Shown one piece after another: positions 38,328 through 52,566 of a stretch of 64,000 nt of DNA (position 1 is its first letter; the number at the start of each line of letters is the position of its first letter). The notes under the pieces are model-generated. The model made no database searches. It saw nothing but the letters and a program-made list of their open reading frames with translations, and had not been told where the DNA came from. Origin of the DNA: Scyliorhinus canicula (taxonomy: Eukaryota); contig NC_052165.1 in NCBI RefSeq assembly GCF_902713615.1, positions 15,020,348 through 15,084,347 on the forward strand, written 5' to 3'. A program made the translations under genes and the position numbers.

Positions 38328-39747
38328 TCTGTGTCTTCGATCAATCTTATTGTGCAGATTGCTATTGTTGTCCTTTTTTCTCAGAACATAAGGGCATAAG
38401 AAATAGGAGCAGTAGGCATTTTGCCCCTCGAGCCTTCTCTGCCATTCAAGAAGATCATGGTTGATCTGATTGTGGCCATAACTCCACTTTCCTGCCTTTC
38501 CCCCATCACCCGATGACTCCCATGTCAATCAAAAATGATTGTCAATCAAGGCTCATTATGTATGCTTGGCGGAGAGCCCAGACTCTCACAAAAGGATTAA
38601 GTTTGTTGATACTGGTGCAGGGAAGGGAAAACCTTGCTTGATTGGCAAGTTTATGATGCTATAATAAACAATTTTTAAATTATCTCTTTGTCAGTGGCTC
38701 AATGTTTGTTTGCACAAGACAAGGTGGAATCAAGTTCCTGTAGCTTCTGCAATTGGCTGATTGATGCGTTTATGGCGTTGTAGCAACAGCTGTTACTTTC
38801 AAAAGAAAATTACGAGCGGGTTTTTAAGCAATTCCGCAGATGCAATTGGTTACATACTGAGTGTATAATGGGTGAATGGGCAGTTAATGCAATGAATGGA
38901 CTAAGAGGGTATGAGCAGCTATGGAAGTGGTTGGGGCTTCATGAGTTGGCATGGAGGGAGCATGTGGAATGGGTGGGGCATTGAGGGTATGTGAGGGGTG
39001 AGAGGGCTAATGTATCTAAAATATCAGCAAACAACTTGACCACTCTGATCTGCTTCTGGGGTGAGGCCCCACCTCCCCAAAGTGAAGATTGGGTCTGCTG
39101 GGGTGCTTTCTATTAAGCCATATCTGTCAAGTCAAGATGTTTCTTGACTCAAGATGCACAATTCGCAGCAAAAATTGACCCTTTTTGATTCATATCCAAG
39201 GACATGCCTCTGTATGGCAGCATTCTGAACTCTTTGTTGCAATTTTGGGTTTAATGTTTTTATTAAGGCATTTAGAAATAAATATCAAAAAAAACCGCCA
39301 CCAAGATAAAAAAGATAGCCAGAAGATAAAAAAACAGGAGAACACAGCAGAACTCAATAAATAGCCAACAACTGCAACCCACCCTCCCTTCCATACCCCC
39401 ACCCTCTCTGCCACTACAATTTTTAATACAACCTTCAATGTGTGGACATCCCGACTAATCGTACGAAAGTCAAAACATTGACATGCTTCTATCTTGGGGT
39501 GATCATTATTGTGTGCATGAAGTCCTCCGGACATGTATCTGATAAATAAATATCTTTCCACACTCAGCGTGGAGACCATTGATACATTCTTTCTGTGCTT
39601 TTAATCAGTTCTTGTAGTCATTTCATCTATTCCGACTGCTTTTTGTTTTTTTGTTTTTTTTTCACTGCTTGTATTTCCCTCTCTAGCATTTCTGGTCCAA
39701 TGAAATTGATGTCAACATTATACTGTTCCTCTAGCTCAATCATTCAG

Positions 39748-40050
39748 GGAGGCAGTGGCACAGTGATATTGTCGCTGGACTAGCCCAGGGTTCAAATCCC
39801 ACCACGGCTGATGGTGAAATTTGAATTCAATAAAACTCTGGGAATTAAATAGTTAATAATGGCCATGAAGCCATTGTCGTAAAAACGCGTGCTTCACTCA
39901 TGTCCTTTTTTTAGGGAGGAAATCTGCCCGGTCTGGCCTACATATGACTCCAGACCCACAGCAATGTGATTGACTCTCAAATGCCCTCTGAAATGGAGGG
40001 GTTAGGGACAGGCAGTCGACTTCCATGTCCCGCAAAACAATTTTTTTTTT
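39748..40050 (+). mobile_element. Older tRNA-derived SINE (same family as 3226-3460)
   Basis: ggcagtggcacagtg...ggttcaaatccc head. Confidence 0.55.
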
Positions 40051-40246
40051 AAATCCAATTTTTTGTGAACAGTTCTTCAATATGTTCCTTCTATCTATTT
40101 CTTATTTCATCACGATTTGTTAATTAAAAAACCTCCGTTGCTCTTTATTGTTGTCCCTTTCATTCATTTGCGCTGTGTCACTGACCTCGTTTGCTTTTAT
40201 ATACGCAAGTCCTACATAAGGACTATTTCCTAGCTGATCCCATTCT

Positions 40247-40582
40247 AGGCAGCACGGTAGCATTGTGGATAGCACAATAGCTTCACAGCTCCAGGGTCCC
40301 AGGTTCGATTCCAGCTTGGGTCACTGACTGTGTGGAGTCTGCACATCCTCCCCTTGTGTGCGTGGGTTTCCTCCCACAGTCCAAAGATGTGCAGGTTAGG
40401 TGGATTGGCCATGGTAAATTGCCCTTAGTGTCCAAAATTTCCCTTAGTGTTGGGTGGGGTTACTGGGTTATGGGGATAGGGTGGAGGTGTTGACCTTGGG
40501 TAGGGTGCTCTTTCCAAGAGCCGGGGCAGACTCGATGGGCCGAAGGGCCTCCTTCTGCACTGTAAATTCTATGATTCTATGA
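40247..40582 (+). mobile_element. HE1-like V-SINE
   Basis: Full head, core and tail. Confidence 0.88.
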
Positions 40583-40916
40583 TAAATACCTCACACTAAT
40601 CTTTTAGCCATTGTTCTCTTGTCTTCTCTGTTTATTTTCTTTAACTTGTTAATCAAGGGTCTGTATTTCAGTTTGCCTCCTTGCCCGTCTTTCCTCGCTA
40701 GTGCTTTGTTAACTTTGTTTGCAATGTTTCATTTACTACTCTTAGCCTCTCTGGAGGCCACCATTTTCTGCATATTCCTCCTTGGGTGATCTTCAATCAG
40801 AGTATGAGTTATGGCTTCCATTTTCACAAGACTATGACGTGAGACTGTGTCAGCCTCCGGTTGAGCTTTAGAATTTTGAACACCATTACATTGACCAATT
40901 GAAAATCTTCCTTTAT

Positions 40917-41678
40917 ACATAGAGCCCACTTAACAAGAACCCGTATGAGTAGGTTCTTCCCGGAGGTGGAAGACAGATGTGAACGGTGCCAAAGAGGCCC
41001 GGCCAACCACGCCCACATGTTCTGGTCTTGCCCCAGACTCGTGGAGTACTGGACAGCCTTCTTCGAGGTTATGTCCAAAGTGGTGGGAGTGAGGGTGGAG
41101 CCATGCCCGATAGTGGCGGTCTTCGGGGTTTCAGAACAGCCAGATCTATTCCTGGGGACGAGGGCGGACGCCCTTGCCTTTGCCTCCCTGATCGCCCGCC
41201 GTAGAATCCTGTTTGGCTGGCGGTCAGCAGCACCGCCCAGAGCTGCGGACTGGCTGTCCGACCTCTCGGAATCTCTCCAAATGGAGAAAATCAAATTTGC
41301 CATCCGAGGGTCGGACGACGGCTTCCACAGAACGTGGGAGCCATTCATGCAACTGTTCCGGGACCTATTTGTGGCCAATGTACAAGAGGAAGAATAGTCG
41401 GGGGAAGGTAGCGGGGGGGGGGGGGGCTACAGGTTCGGTACGGGGGTTCGATGGCTAGCTAAGGCCCAAAACCAAACTAAATAAACATGTTGAGGGGGGG
41501 GGGGGGGGGGGGGGGGGCGGGCGCAGTTACTACTACGAAGATGCTTACCTGTAAATATGTATGTTAATTTTTGCGTGTTTGTTTGTTTTTTTTGTTTTTT
41601 TTTTCTCTCCTAACAATTTGTAATTTGTTCAATATAAAATATGAAAACTGAATAAAAACATTTATAAAAAAAAAAAAA
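40917..41678 (+). mobile_element. 5'-truncated young L1 (ORF2 C-terminus with CCHC, 3' UTR, poly-A)
   Basis: CERCQRGPANHAHMFWSC; TSD gaaaatcttcctttat (40901-40916, 41679-41694); near-identical to 55973-56719. Confidence 0.95.
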
Positions 41679-42396
41679 GAAAATCTTCCTTTATGACAAA
41701 ATATTTTCCATGTGCATTTGTTTCTATTAGTTTTAGGTTACGTACGTTGCAACTATACATCGTGACTTTGGAACCTTGCCTCAGAAGGCAGTGGAAGCGG
41801 GATTGCTGAATATTCTTATAGCGGAGGTGGATAGATTTTTGTTGGACAAGAGAATCAAAGGGACAAGGAAGTCGAAGGGGCAAGGGAGTCGAAGGGGCAA
41901 GGGAATTAAAGATTATTTGGGTAGATGGGCAATGTAGAACTCAATCGAAATAAATCAACGATTGAATGATGGATCCGTCTCAAGGGACGAATGACCTAAA
42001 CTGCACTAAAAAAATTGTGAAATGGCTGCATCATATGTAAACTCAAATTTTCTAATCGCGAGCTACAATGGAGTTTAATTTTTCGCAGGGAATGTCCAAA
42101 TTTCTAAGCAAAAAACAGAGTCCGTACTGGGTGGGATCAGAGGTGTTGTTCCCGCGGTTTGTAGCGCCGGGAATGACCTCGCTATCTAACGGCACTCTGC
42201 TGTGTTTTCAGGCCCCGACAGGGAAACCCCCACCCCCACCCCCATCCCGAGGTTGCACTTCGCGGTATTATTTGGTATTATTAATCGCGCCCCGAGTTAT
42301 CCTTTATACCCGTTATTATGTGTATAATGGACAGTATTTTTTAATCTCTCTTCTTTTTTGTGGACAACCTTGAAGAATTGTTTTACATTACCAAAT

Positions 42397-42623
42397 GGCG
42401 GCACGGTGGCACAGTGGTTAGCACTGCTGCCTCATGGCACCGAGGACCCGGGTTCGATCCCGGCCTCGGGTCACTGTCCGTATGGAGTTTGCACGTTCTC
42501 CCCATGTCTGCGTGGGTCCCACCCCCACAAACCCAAAGATGTGCAGGGTAGGTGAATTGGCCAGGCTAAATTGCCCCTTAATTGGAAAAAAAGAATTGGG
42601 TACTCTAAATTTTTTTTTTTAAA
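42397..42623 (+). mobile_element. V-SINE variant with short A/T tail
   Basis: Same structure as 6908-7133. Confidence 0.85.
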
Positions 42624-42985
42624 GGATGCATGACAAAGAAAAGTAATATTCCTGGCCAGCAGTCAGTAAATACATCCCTTCAAAGTTTCATATTTGGTAG
42701 AACAATGAAGGCCATAATCCAGCTCCAGTAAATGTCTCCTTTGTTGACTAGTTTGTGTTTCATTGTGTTGGGAATATGGCAAACTTATAGTGATGAACTT
42801 GCAAAACTGAGCACAAATATACTTGTGACCAGAAAGTTAATAAATTGCTGTTGGGGACCAAGTGATTTGCCTCAATATGAAAACAATATTGTTTTTAATT
42901 CCGGATAGCTGCAGTAGTGATGACACGCCTGATAAATGGTTCCAAAGAAACACAATTGAAAGCACTTTCATGCGTTGTCTTCCAG

Positions 42986-43124
42986 TTCGCCAACCCTTGG
43001 TTCTTCCACCTTTGTGCTTCAACCATTATGTCGAGCTGAAAACTACCAGCAACAGGATAGGGGTTGAGAACTCATTCCCTCCGCTGAAGCTTGAAGCAAC
43101 GGACAACGAAAGGGACGTGAAACA
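42986..43124 (+). CDS. CPED1: CPED1 coding exon (phase 1 in, phase 2 out): (V)RQPLVLPPLCFNHYVELKTTSNRIGVENSFPPLKLEATDNERDVK(Q)
   Basis: ttgtcttccag acceptor and ACA|gtaaga donor. Phases bridge the flanking exons exactly. Similarity to the recalled ELQLPVSPSVCL...LK segment is weak (variable region). Confidence 0.8.
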
Positions 43125-43472
43125 GTAAGAAACACGCAAGGACAACCAACAATATTTTAGTTTGTTAAAATGTTTTTTTTTTGAGGTGTGATATCTTTCA
43201 AATGTTTTTATTCCAAAAATGGTTAATGTTCTAACCTTTAAAGTTTCCCCACTTCTGAAGTAGCAACCACCAGCTTCAGTCTTTTTGGGAGCAGTAATTT
43301 TGAAGTAAAGACATAAAATGCTATAAATACGCAACAAGTCAGACAGCAACTGTTGAGATCAAGCGGAGTTAATATTTTAGCAGATAAATGTTTATTGGGG
43401 CTGATAAAGAACTGCATTTAATCCCAGGAGAAAGGAGGTGGCCTTTATGCAAAAAAATTACCACCAACTTCT

Positions 43473-43776
43473 AATAATATTAATAATAATCTTGATTGTC
43501 ACAAGTAGGTTTACGTTAACACTGCAATGAAGTTACTGTGAAAAACCCCTCGTCGCTACATTCCGGAGCCTGTTCGGGTACACTGAGGGAGAATTCAGAA
43601 TGTCCAAATTACCTAACAGCACATCTTTCGGGGCTTGTGGGAGGAAACCGGAGCACCCGGAGTAAACCCACGCAGACATGGGAAGAACGTGCAGCTTCCG
43701 CACAGACAGTGATCCAAGCCGGGAATCGAATCTGGGAGCCTGGAACTGTGAAGCAACAGTGCTAACCACTGTGCCC
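43473..43776 (-). mobile_element. V-SINE variant with (tta)n-type tail
   Basis: Same as 32598-32898. Confidence 0.85.
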
Positions 43777-43971
43777 AACGTGGGGCGCGAACCCATGACC
43801 TTGGGTTCCAATTAAGAAGAATCCTCCATCTGCATGATCCCTTATCTCGCTAAATTGAAATACCTCTGATATTCCCTCTGGGGAAAACAATTGCAAATAT
43901 TAATCAGCATACGAGGGGTATGGGAAATGAATGTCCTGAAGAAGTTGCACAAACTCACCAAGTTGTGAGTT

Positions 43972-44145
43972 GGGGGCTGGTTTAGCACAGTGGGCTAAAT
44001 AGCTGGTTTGTAAAGCAAACCAAGGCCAGCAGAGCTGGGTTCAATTCCTGTACCAGCCTCCCTGAACAGGTGCTGGAAGGTGGCGACTAGGGCTTTTCAC
44101 AGTAACTTCATTTGAAGCCTACTTGTGACAATAAGTGATTTTCAT
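43972..44145 (+). mobile_element. Short SINE (different tRNA head, no V core, shared tail)
   Basis: ggggctggtttagcacagtgggctaaa head. Related copies at 49632-49741 (+, truncated), 60963-61124 (-) and 63823-64000 (-). Confidence 0.75.
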
Positions 44146-45289
44146 GTTGATTCCCCATTTGTTTTGAATGGGCAGCTCACCAAAACATGCAGGTAGGGCC
44201 TGCAGTTAAAATCTCCTGGGCCAGATGCTGCTGATGTCGGGGCAGAGAGGGAAATTAGGAGAATAAAGGTGGGTGGCAATTTCTCCTCTGTCTGAAACCT
44301 GCTCCAAGTTCAAATCCGGACTCGTGCCAACACCCGGAACATCAAGTGCTTAAGATACAATGGCTTGCATTTCATGATTAGTGGAGAATAAACATTGGCA
44401 AAATAATCGTTCCACGCAAACTTGCCCACGGAATTTCTCTGGGCTTTTCTATTAGAATTTGCTGTGGTTGGAAAACCATTTTGGTGCTAGTGTCGCAACA
44501 GGAGATCTGGGACCTGCAGGAATAGGACAATCAAACTGTATTTCTCCTGAACCTGCCAGGCCGAAGAATCTTTACTAAGGCTTGGGGCTGATCTTAACGC
44601 TGTGAAAACCGGTGGGTTTTGAATGGTTTACAATCAATCTATTTAGTTTGAACTGGTAAATAATTTATTCAATGTTAAGTAATGTACAGAAAACAAACAA
44701 AGAGATGGAATTAGAGATGGGATTTTTTTTCTAATCTAAAGAAATGACATTCTGCATTTGTTTGGTACTAATTCAGATTTATCAGTGTTAAAAAAAATCT
44801 TGCACTGGAATAGACGAGCCCCAACATTTTCTGGTGAGTTTACCGTATATCCATCATATAGCTACAGCAACTTCAAGCTGTTCCATGTATTTCCATGTAT
44901 TTCCATGTATTTCTCTTGGCAAGATATGCTTTTGTCAAAGGTTTTTTGAGAAACATGGCAATTTGGACAGCAACTTCTCGTTTCATCGCTGGAGGATGCT
45001 GTCTGATTTATACTTTAACAATCGAAACCTATTATTTTTATCACAAAACACATTGAATTACAAAGATTATACAGCAGGGAAACAGGTCATTCAGCATAAA
45101 CAGTTTCGGCCCTACTTTTGCCTCGTCTCATCCTCATTTAGCACTATCCACATAACCCTTATTCCCTTCTCCCTCGTTTGTTTATACAGACGCCCCTTAA
45201 ATGTATCTAGCTGTTCGTTTAAGCTTCTCTCTGCGGGAGTGAGTTCCATATTCGCACCACTCTTCAAGTTTCTTCAGAAATCAGGCTAA

Positions 45290-45690
45290 ATTATGAGGAG
45301 ACATTACACAAACTTGGGTTGTTTTCCTGGAATTTACAGAATCAAGGGTGATTAGATCATTAGATTATTAAACGGAAGAGATAGGGTAGATAGAGAGAAA
45401 CTATTTCCACTGGCTGGGGTGTCTAGCCTTGTCCAAAAATAATACTCAGTTCTTTCAGTAATTAAATTGGGAAACATTTCTATGCACAAAGCATTGTACA
45501 AGTCTGCAACTCTCTTCCACAAATGTCAATGTTGCCAGATAAATTGGTTAACAATGGCTTACCGCTCTAAAATTCACGAAGTTATTCAGGATATGGGGCA
45601 AAAATGAGTATGTCACATGTGGAGTTGTGCTTTGATCACATACTGAATGGTCAATTAGGCTCAAGTGACTGAAGGGTCTGCTCCTGTTTA
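45290..45690 (+). mobile_element. Old CR1 3' fragment
   Basis: Degraded LGLFS...WNSLP-type region and tail. Confidence 0.55.
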
Positions 45691-45840
45691 TAGGTACCTC
45701 ATCACACTTAACCTTGTTGAAAATAATTTGTCATTTACATACCCATTCTTCACGTTTACCAATGCATTCTTGTGTTGCAATCCTCCTCAGTTCAACTATC
45801 CATCCCAAATGATGGGGGCATCTACAAATTTAGAAACAGT

Positions 45841-46548
45841 GGGCGGGATTCTCCGACCCCCGCTGGGTTGGAGAATCGCCGGGGGCCGGCGTCAATCCAG
45901 CCCCCGCCGTGTCCCGAATTCTCCGCCACCCGCGATTCGGCAGGGGCGGGAATCGAGCCGCGCCGGTCAGCTGGCCCCCCGTGGCGTTTCTCCGGCCCCT
46001 GATGGGCTGAAGTCCCGCCGCTGACAAGCCTCTCACGCCGGCGTGGATTAAACCACCTACCTGACCGGCGGGATTGGCGGCGCGGGCGGGTGCCAGGGTC
46101 CTGCGGAGGGACACGGGGCGATCTGACCCCGGGGGTACACCCACGGTGGCCTGGCCCGCGATCGGAGCCCACTGATCGGCAGGAGGGCCTGTGCCGTGGG
46201 GGCACTCCTTTTCTTCCCATGGTCTTCACCGTGGTGGAGGCGGAAGAGACCCCTCCCCTGCGCGTGTGCCGGGATGACGTCAGCAGCCGTTGACGCTCCG
46301 GCGCATGCGCGGACTTACGCCAGCTGGCGAAGTCCTTTCGGCCCCGGCTGGCGTGGTGCCAAAGGCCGTTCACGCCAGCCGCTGGAGCGGGGACCACTCC
46401 GGCACAGGCCTAGCCCCTCAATGTGAGGGCTTGGCCCCTGAAGGTACAGAGACCTCCACACCTTTGGGGCGGCCCGACGCCGGAGTGGGTCACGCCACTC
46501 CAACACGCTGGGACCCCCCGCCCCGCCAGGTAGGGAAGAATGCCGGCC
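45841..46548. mobile_element. Intact GC-rich Harbinger-type MITE
   Basis: TIRs gggcgggattctcc / gaagaatgccggcc; TSD AGT. Confidence 0.9.
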
Positions 46549-46975
46549 AGTGTTTTTGATTCCAAAGTCTAAATCATTCATAAAAATTGTGAACACCAGT
46601 GGTAACAGCACTGAGCCTTTTAAGACACTAATTCCCACCTTCTACCCCTTTGGGGAAGCTACTCTTTACCCCTGCTCTTTGCTTTCTGTCTGGCAGCCAG
46701 TTAGCTTTCTGTTCTGCTACCAGTCCCCAGATCCTTCATCTTTACTGTAATATGTTGTAACTTACTGTCGGTCTTTTGGAAATCTAGGTACATCACATCT
46801 CCTATTATTTCAATGAGGTGGGTCAGGTAATATTTTTCCTTCTGTAATTCATGTTGACTATTCTTTATTATACTTTGGGTTTATAAATTTATTTTCTATT
46901 TTTTCCACAGAGATTCCATTATTTTTCCTACTAATATGTTAAGCGGATTGGTTTATATTCCCTGGACACATTATG

Positions 46976-47295
46976 GGCAGCACGGTAGCACAAGTGGATA
47001 GCACTGTGGCTTCACAGCGCCAGGGTCCCAGGTTCGATTCCCCGCTGGGTCACTGGCTGTGCGGAGTCTTCATGTTCTCCCCGTGTCTGCGTGGGTTTCC
47101 TCCGGCTGCTCTGGTTTCATCCCACAGTCCAAAGACATGCAGGTTAGGTGGATTGGCCATGCTAAATTGCCCTTAGTGACCAAAAAGGTTAGGAGAGGTT
47201 ATTGGGTTACGGGGATAGGGTGGAAGTGAGGGCTTAAGTGGGTCGGTGCAGACTCGATGGGCCGAATGGCTTCTTTCTGCACTGTATGTTCTATG
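46976..47295 (+). mobile_element. HE1-like V-SINE
   Basis: Full head, core and tail. Confidence 0.88.
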
Positions 47296-47710
47296 TACCT
47301 CTATTCTTAGACATATGTATAATGTTAGCAATCCACTGCATCTTGTAACTAATTATTAACGACGTGTAATACCACCACTGTCATCACTTCCTTCGATGTG
47401 TTGAAAATGCGGGTCATTAACTTTAACTGCCGTGAAAATTAGAAGATGTCACTCTGGTTACGATATGTTTTGGCAGCAGAGTTAAGGGAGCTTTGTTCTG
47501 AATCTTAGTGTGCGTTACCTGATCAGGCTATGGTTGCTGGATGTGCCAGAACCTTCCATTGCCCAATGTTGCAAATCTTGCGTTACATGTAAAAACAATT
47601 GTCAAAATAATCTTGCAGGCAAAAATCATTTCCAGTCTTCTGTACAATTTATTTTCTGGAAAGCCTCACTCTGTTGAGAAGTTTAGATGAGTTTTATTTT
47701 TTGGCACTGA

Positions 47711-47959
<249 letters not shown>

Positions 47960-48137
47960 TGAATGTGTATAGCCTGTCTGCAAATGAAATTGTGGCTACG
48001 TTAGGGATACATCAGCCTGGTTAAACTCATGGAATAACATGCTCCAAAAACGTAAAATTCTCCGAGGCTGGAGTGTAAACGATTACAGCGCATTTTTGTA
48101 ATTGCTACAATTGTTTTCCTTTAAAGGAAGGCCTTTC

Positions 48138-48172
<35 letters not shown>

Positions 48173-48469
48173 ATCGATTTCTCCACTTTGCCCCTCCCCC
48201 TCCATCTGGGACAATGGCAACTTTACCTACCCTTTAAATTGATGCAGGGTTATGATTGGAGGTTGTAGTGATCTTTGCCCGGGGCTGTACCCCACGGTGT
48301 TCATTACTATTGGTTACTCCTATTGGTTACTCCTATTGGTTACTCCTGATTCCACAGCCTTGTTATATCTCGCCCTCGTTACGTGAAGAGAACTTCATGC
48401 AATTGGTCAAATTCGTGAAAATCTGATATTTTAGCTTTACTTTCTTACACTTTTTAATCAGAGTCTGTG

Positions 48470-48763
48470 CTGCTGTGCTGATTCCGAGTTCAATTCCGGC
48501 CTCGGGTGACTGTCTGTGCGGAGTTTGCACATCCTCCCCGTGTCTGCGTGGGTTTCCTCCGGATGTCCTGTCTCCTCCCACAGTCCAAAGATGTGCAGGT
48601 TAGATGGATTGGCCATGATAAATTGCTCCGTAGTGTTCAAATATGTGCAGGTTAGGTGGAGTTGTGGGGGGAGTGGTCCTGGGTAGGATGTTCTTTCAGT
48701 GGGTCGGTGCAGACCATGATGGGCTGAATGGCCTCCTTCGGCATTGTAGGAATTCTATTGTTC
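48470..48763 (+). mobile_element. HE1-like V-SINE
   Basis: B box, core and tail. Confidence 0.8.
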
Positions 48764-51700
48764 TGTGCGGCCTGTTGAACCATATGGTCTAGTCCGGTGT
48801 CCATTTTGTGTGTACAGTTTACGATGGAACAGTTAAGTAGGTCTGCAACTGTTGTTGAGTCATTCTGCACTGCGGTAACCTTGACCCAAATGGTTCAGCC
48901 TCCGGATTTTCAGAGACTGGACACATGACTGAAATGCGTGTCGGGACCTTGTGGACGTCCTGATGCACTGGCTTACATAGGAATTGCACGGGAAATTTCA
49001 ACTGTCAATGGGGAATTCTCCCGTGCCCTGGAACTCTCTGGGACTCCCTCAGACTGAGTGAGAGTCAGACTTCGGTCTGTTCCGATGCGCCTCCCCGGAT
49101 CGTCAGCCAAGAAACGCTGGCTAAACCCTAGCCTAACGTTGTTGCCTTTCAATAGAGTGCTATAGTGAGAGTTTGGTGACTGAGGGATGTTAAGGGTTCA
49201 TTTTTATCTAAAGTCTAGTATTTCTTTTATTTAGTTAATTAACTTAAAAGTTGCTGTTTGGGTTTAGAAGAAGGTGAATTTTCAATCAGCTTTAAACAAA
49301 GGTTCTACTTGCAGCTACTTGCAGCTGGAGCTTGTTAATTAGTTAATTGGATTAGGCCAGTTTTCAGAGGCCAGAGTCAGACAGTATAAAGGTGAGCCAG
49401 CTACAGTGCTGACTTTGTTTGCACTGAGTGCTGAATTTGGGTGCATTTGAGTGCCATAGTGAGAGTTTGGTGACTGAGGGGGTTTGGTGAGGAGGGAGCA
49501 AGGTGCTCCTTTCAGTTCATTTCCTACACTTCCTCAAAGAGCGAGAAGGGAGCGGGGGGGTTTACAGACAGAGCAGCTGACTGGGAGCAGAGTCGGAGGG
49601 CGGAGTTCCAGTTGGTTCACAGGGCAGCTACATTCCTGTACCAGCCTCCCCGAACAGGCGCTGGAATGTGGTTACTAGGGGCTTTTCACAGTAACTTCAT
49701 TGAAACCTACTTGTGACAATAAACAAATATTATTATTATTCTATCTGGTAAGAGTTGTTTGTTTTTGGGTTTTTTAATTTTTAATTTTTAAAAATTTTAT
49801 TTTTTGTGTTTTTTTTGTTTTTTGGGGGCAGCAAGCTATCATTGTATGATTTGTGAGAGTAGCAACATTATATATATTTTTTTAAAGGGCCTAATGGGTG
49901 TTTAATCTTTTCTTTTATTCTTCCCTTTAAATCTCTTTGTGAATTCAGATCAGAGGGGATGGAGGCTAGGGCAGTTGCATTCTCCTCCTGGAGGATGTGG
50001 GTAGTGAGGGATACCACTGGTGTCCCTGCTGACTACACCTGTGGGAAGTGCACCCAACTCCAGCTCCTCAGAGACCATGTCAGGTAACTGGAGCTGGAGC
50101 TGGATGAACCTCGGATCATCCGGGAGGCAGACAGGGTGATAGAGAAGAGTTAAAGGAGGTAGCAACAACCAAGGTACAGGACAAGAGGAGCTGGGTTACA
50201 GTCAGGGGAAGGAAAACGAACGGGCAGACAGTGCAGGGATTTTCATGGCCGTTCTCCTTCAAAGCAAGTATACCATTTTGGATGATGATTTACCGGAGGA
50301 AGGCCCGAGCGGCCAGGTCTCTGGCACTGAGTCTTGGTCTGTGGTTCAGAAGGGAAAGGGGGAGAATAGAAAAGCAATAGCGATAGGAGACTCAATGGTT
50401 AGAGGAATGGATAGGAGATTCTGTGGTCACGAACGAGACTCCTGGAAGGTATGTTGCCTCCCGGGTGCCAGGGTCAGGGATATCTCGGATCAACTCTACA
50501 GGATTCTTAAGGGAAAGGGGGAGCAACCAGAAGTCGTGGTGCACATAGGCACCTACGACATAGCTAAGATAAGGGATGAGGATCTAAAAAGTAATTTTAG
50601 GGAGCTAGGTTGGAAGCTAAAGAGCAGGACAAGCAGAGTAATGATCTCAGGATTGCTACCGGTGCCATGTGCAAGTGAGGCAAGGAAGAGAGAGCGAGTG
50701 CGGCTGAACATGTGGCTAAGGGCTGGAACAGAAGGGAAGGCTTTAGATATGTGGATCATTAGGATATCTTCTGGGGAAGATGGGACCTGTACATGAAGGA
50801 CGGATTGCACCTAAACTGGAGGGGCACCAGTATCCTGGGTGGGAGGTTTGCTAGAGCTCTTCGGGAGGGTTTAAACTAGTTTGACAAGGGATGGGAACCA
50901 GAGCTACGGATCAGAGGCTAGGGTAGCTGTGGAACAGGCAGAAATAGTATGCAGCGTCTGTGAGGAAGGATAGACAGTTGATAGGGCAAAGTTGCACTCA
51001 GTGGAACGAGTTAAAGTGTGTCTGTTTCAATGCAAGGAGTATCAGGAATAAGGGAAATGAACTGAGAGCATGGATCAGTACTTGGAACTAGGATGTTGTG
51101 GCCATTACAGAGTCATGGATTTCACATGGGCAGGAATGGTTGTTAGATGTTCCGGGGTTTAGATGTTTTCAAAAGAATATGGAGGGAGGTAAAAGAGGAG
51201 GGGGAGTGGCACTGTTAATTAGGGACTGCACCACAGCTGCAGAAAAGGAGGTAGTTAAGGAGGGTTTGTCTACTGAGTCAGTATGGGTGGAAGTCAGAAA
51301 CAAGAAAGGAGCAGTCACTGTATTGGGAGTTTTCTATACACCCCCCAATAGCAGCAGAGAGATGGAGGAACAGATTGGACGGCAGATCTTGGAAAGGTGC
51401 AGAAATTTCAGGGTTGTTGTCATGGTTGACTTCAACTTCCCTAATATTGATTGGAACCTCCTTAGTGCAAATAGTTTGGATGGAGCAGACTTTGTCAGGT
51501 GTGTACAGGAAGGATTCCTGACTCAATATGCAGATAGGCCGACTAGCGGGGAGGTCATATTGGATTTGGTGCTCGGCAACATAACGGGCCAGGTGTCAGA
51601 TGTCTCGGTGGGAGAGCATTTCAGTGACAGTGACCACAACTCCTTGACCTTTACCATAGTCATGGAGAGGGATAGGAACAGACAGTATGGGAAGATATTT

Positions 51701-52566
51701 AATTGGGGGAGGGGAAATTATACTGCTATTAGACAGGAGATGAGGAGCATAAAGTGGGAACAATTGTTTCTGGGGAAATGCACAACAGTAATGTGGGGGT
51801 TGTTTAAGGAGCACTTGCTGCGAGTGCTGGATAGTTTTGTCCCACTGAGACGAGGAAGGAATGGTAAGATGAAGGAGCCTTGGATGACAAGAGAAGTGGA
51901 GCTTCTAGTCAAGAGGAAGAAGGAAGCTTATGTAAGGTTGAGGAAGCAAGGATCTGGCATGGCTCCAGAGGGTTACAAAGTAGACAGGAAGGAACTCAAA
52001 AATGGACTGAGGTGAGCTCGAAGGGAGCATGAAAAAGCCCCGGCGGGAACGATTAGGGAAAATCCCAAGGCATTCTACACATATGTGAGAAATAGGAGGA
52101 TGATCAGAGTGAGAGTAGGGCCGATCAGGGATAGAGGAGGGAACTTGAGCCTAGAGTCTGAAGAGATGGGGGAGGCCCTAAATGAATACTTTGCTTCAGT
52201 ATTCACTAGAGAGAGAGGGACCTTGTTGCCCATGGGAACAGTGTGAACCAGGTTAATAGACTCGAACTGGCTGATATTAAGAAGGAGGATGTGCTGGAAA
52301 TTTTGAAAAGCACCAGGATAGATAAGTCCCCTGGGTCTGACGGGATATACCCAAGGTTACTACAGGAAGCGAGGGAGGAGATTGCTGCGCCATTGGCGAT
52401 GATCTTTGCATCCTCACTCTCCACTGGAATTGCACCGGATGATTGGAGGGAGGTGAATGTTGTTCCCCTGTTCAAGAAAGGGAATAGGGAAATCCCTGGG
52501 AATTACAGACCCATCAGTCTTACATCTGTGCTGAGCAAAATATTGGAAAGGATTCTGAGAGATAAT

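Noticed and set aside
44881-44913. Short tandem repeats (ttccatgtat x3; also tattggttactcc x3 near 48310 and poly-C at 48141-48172)
   Set aside because: Ordinary slippage products with no sign of function; long homopolymer lengths may be unreliable.
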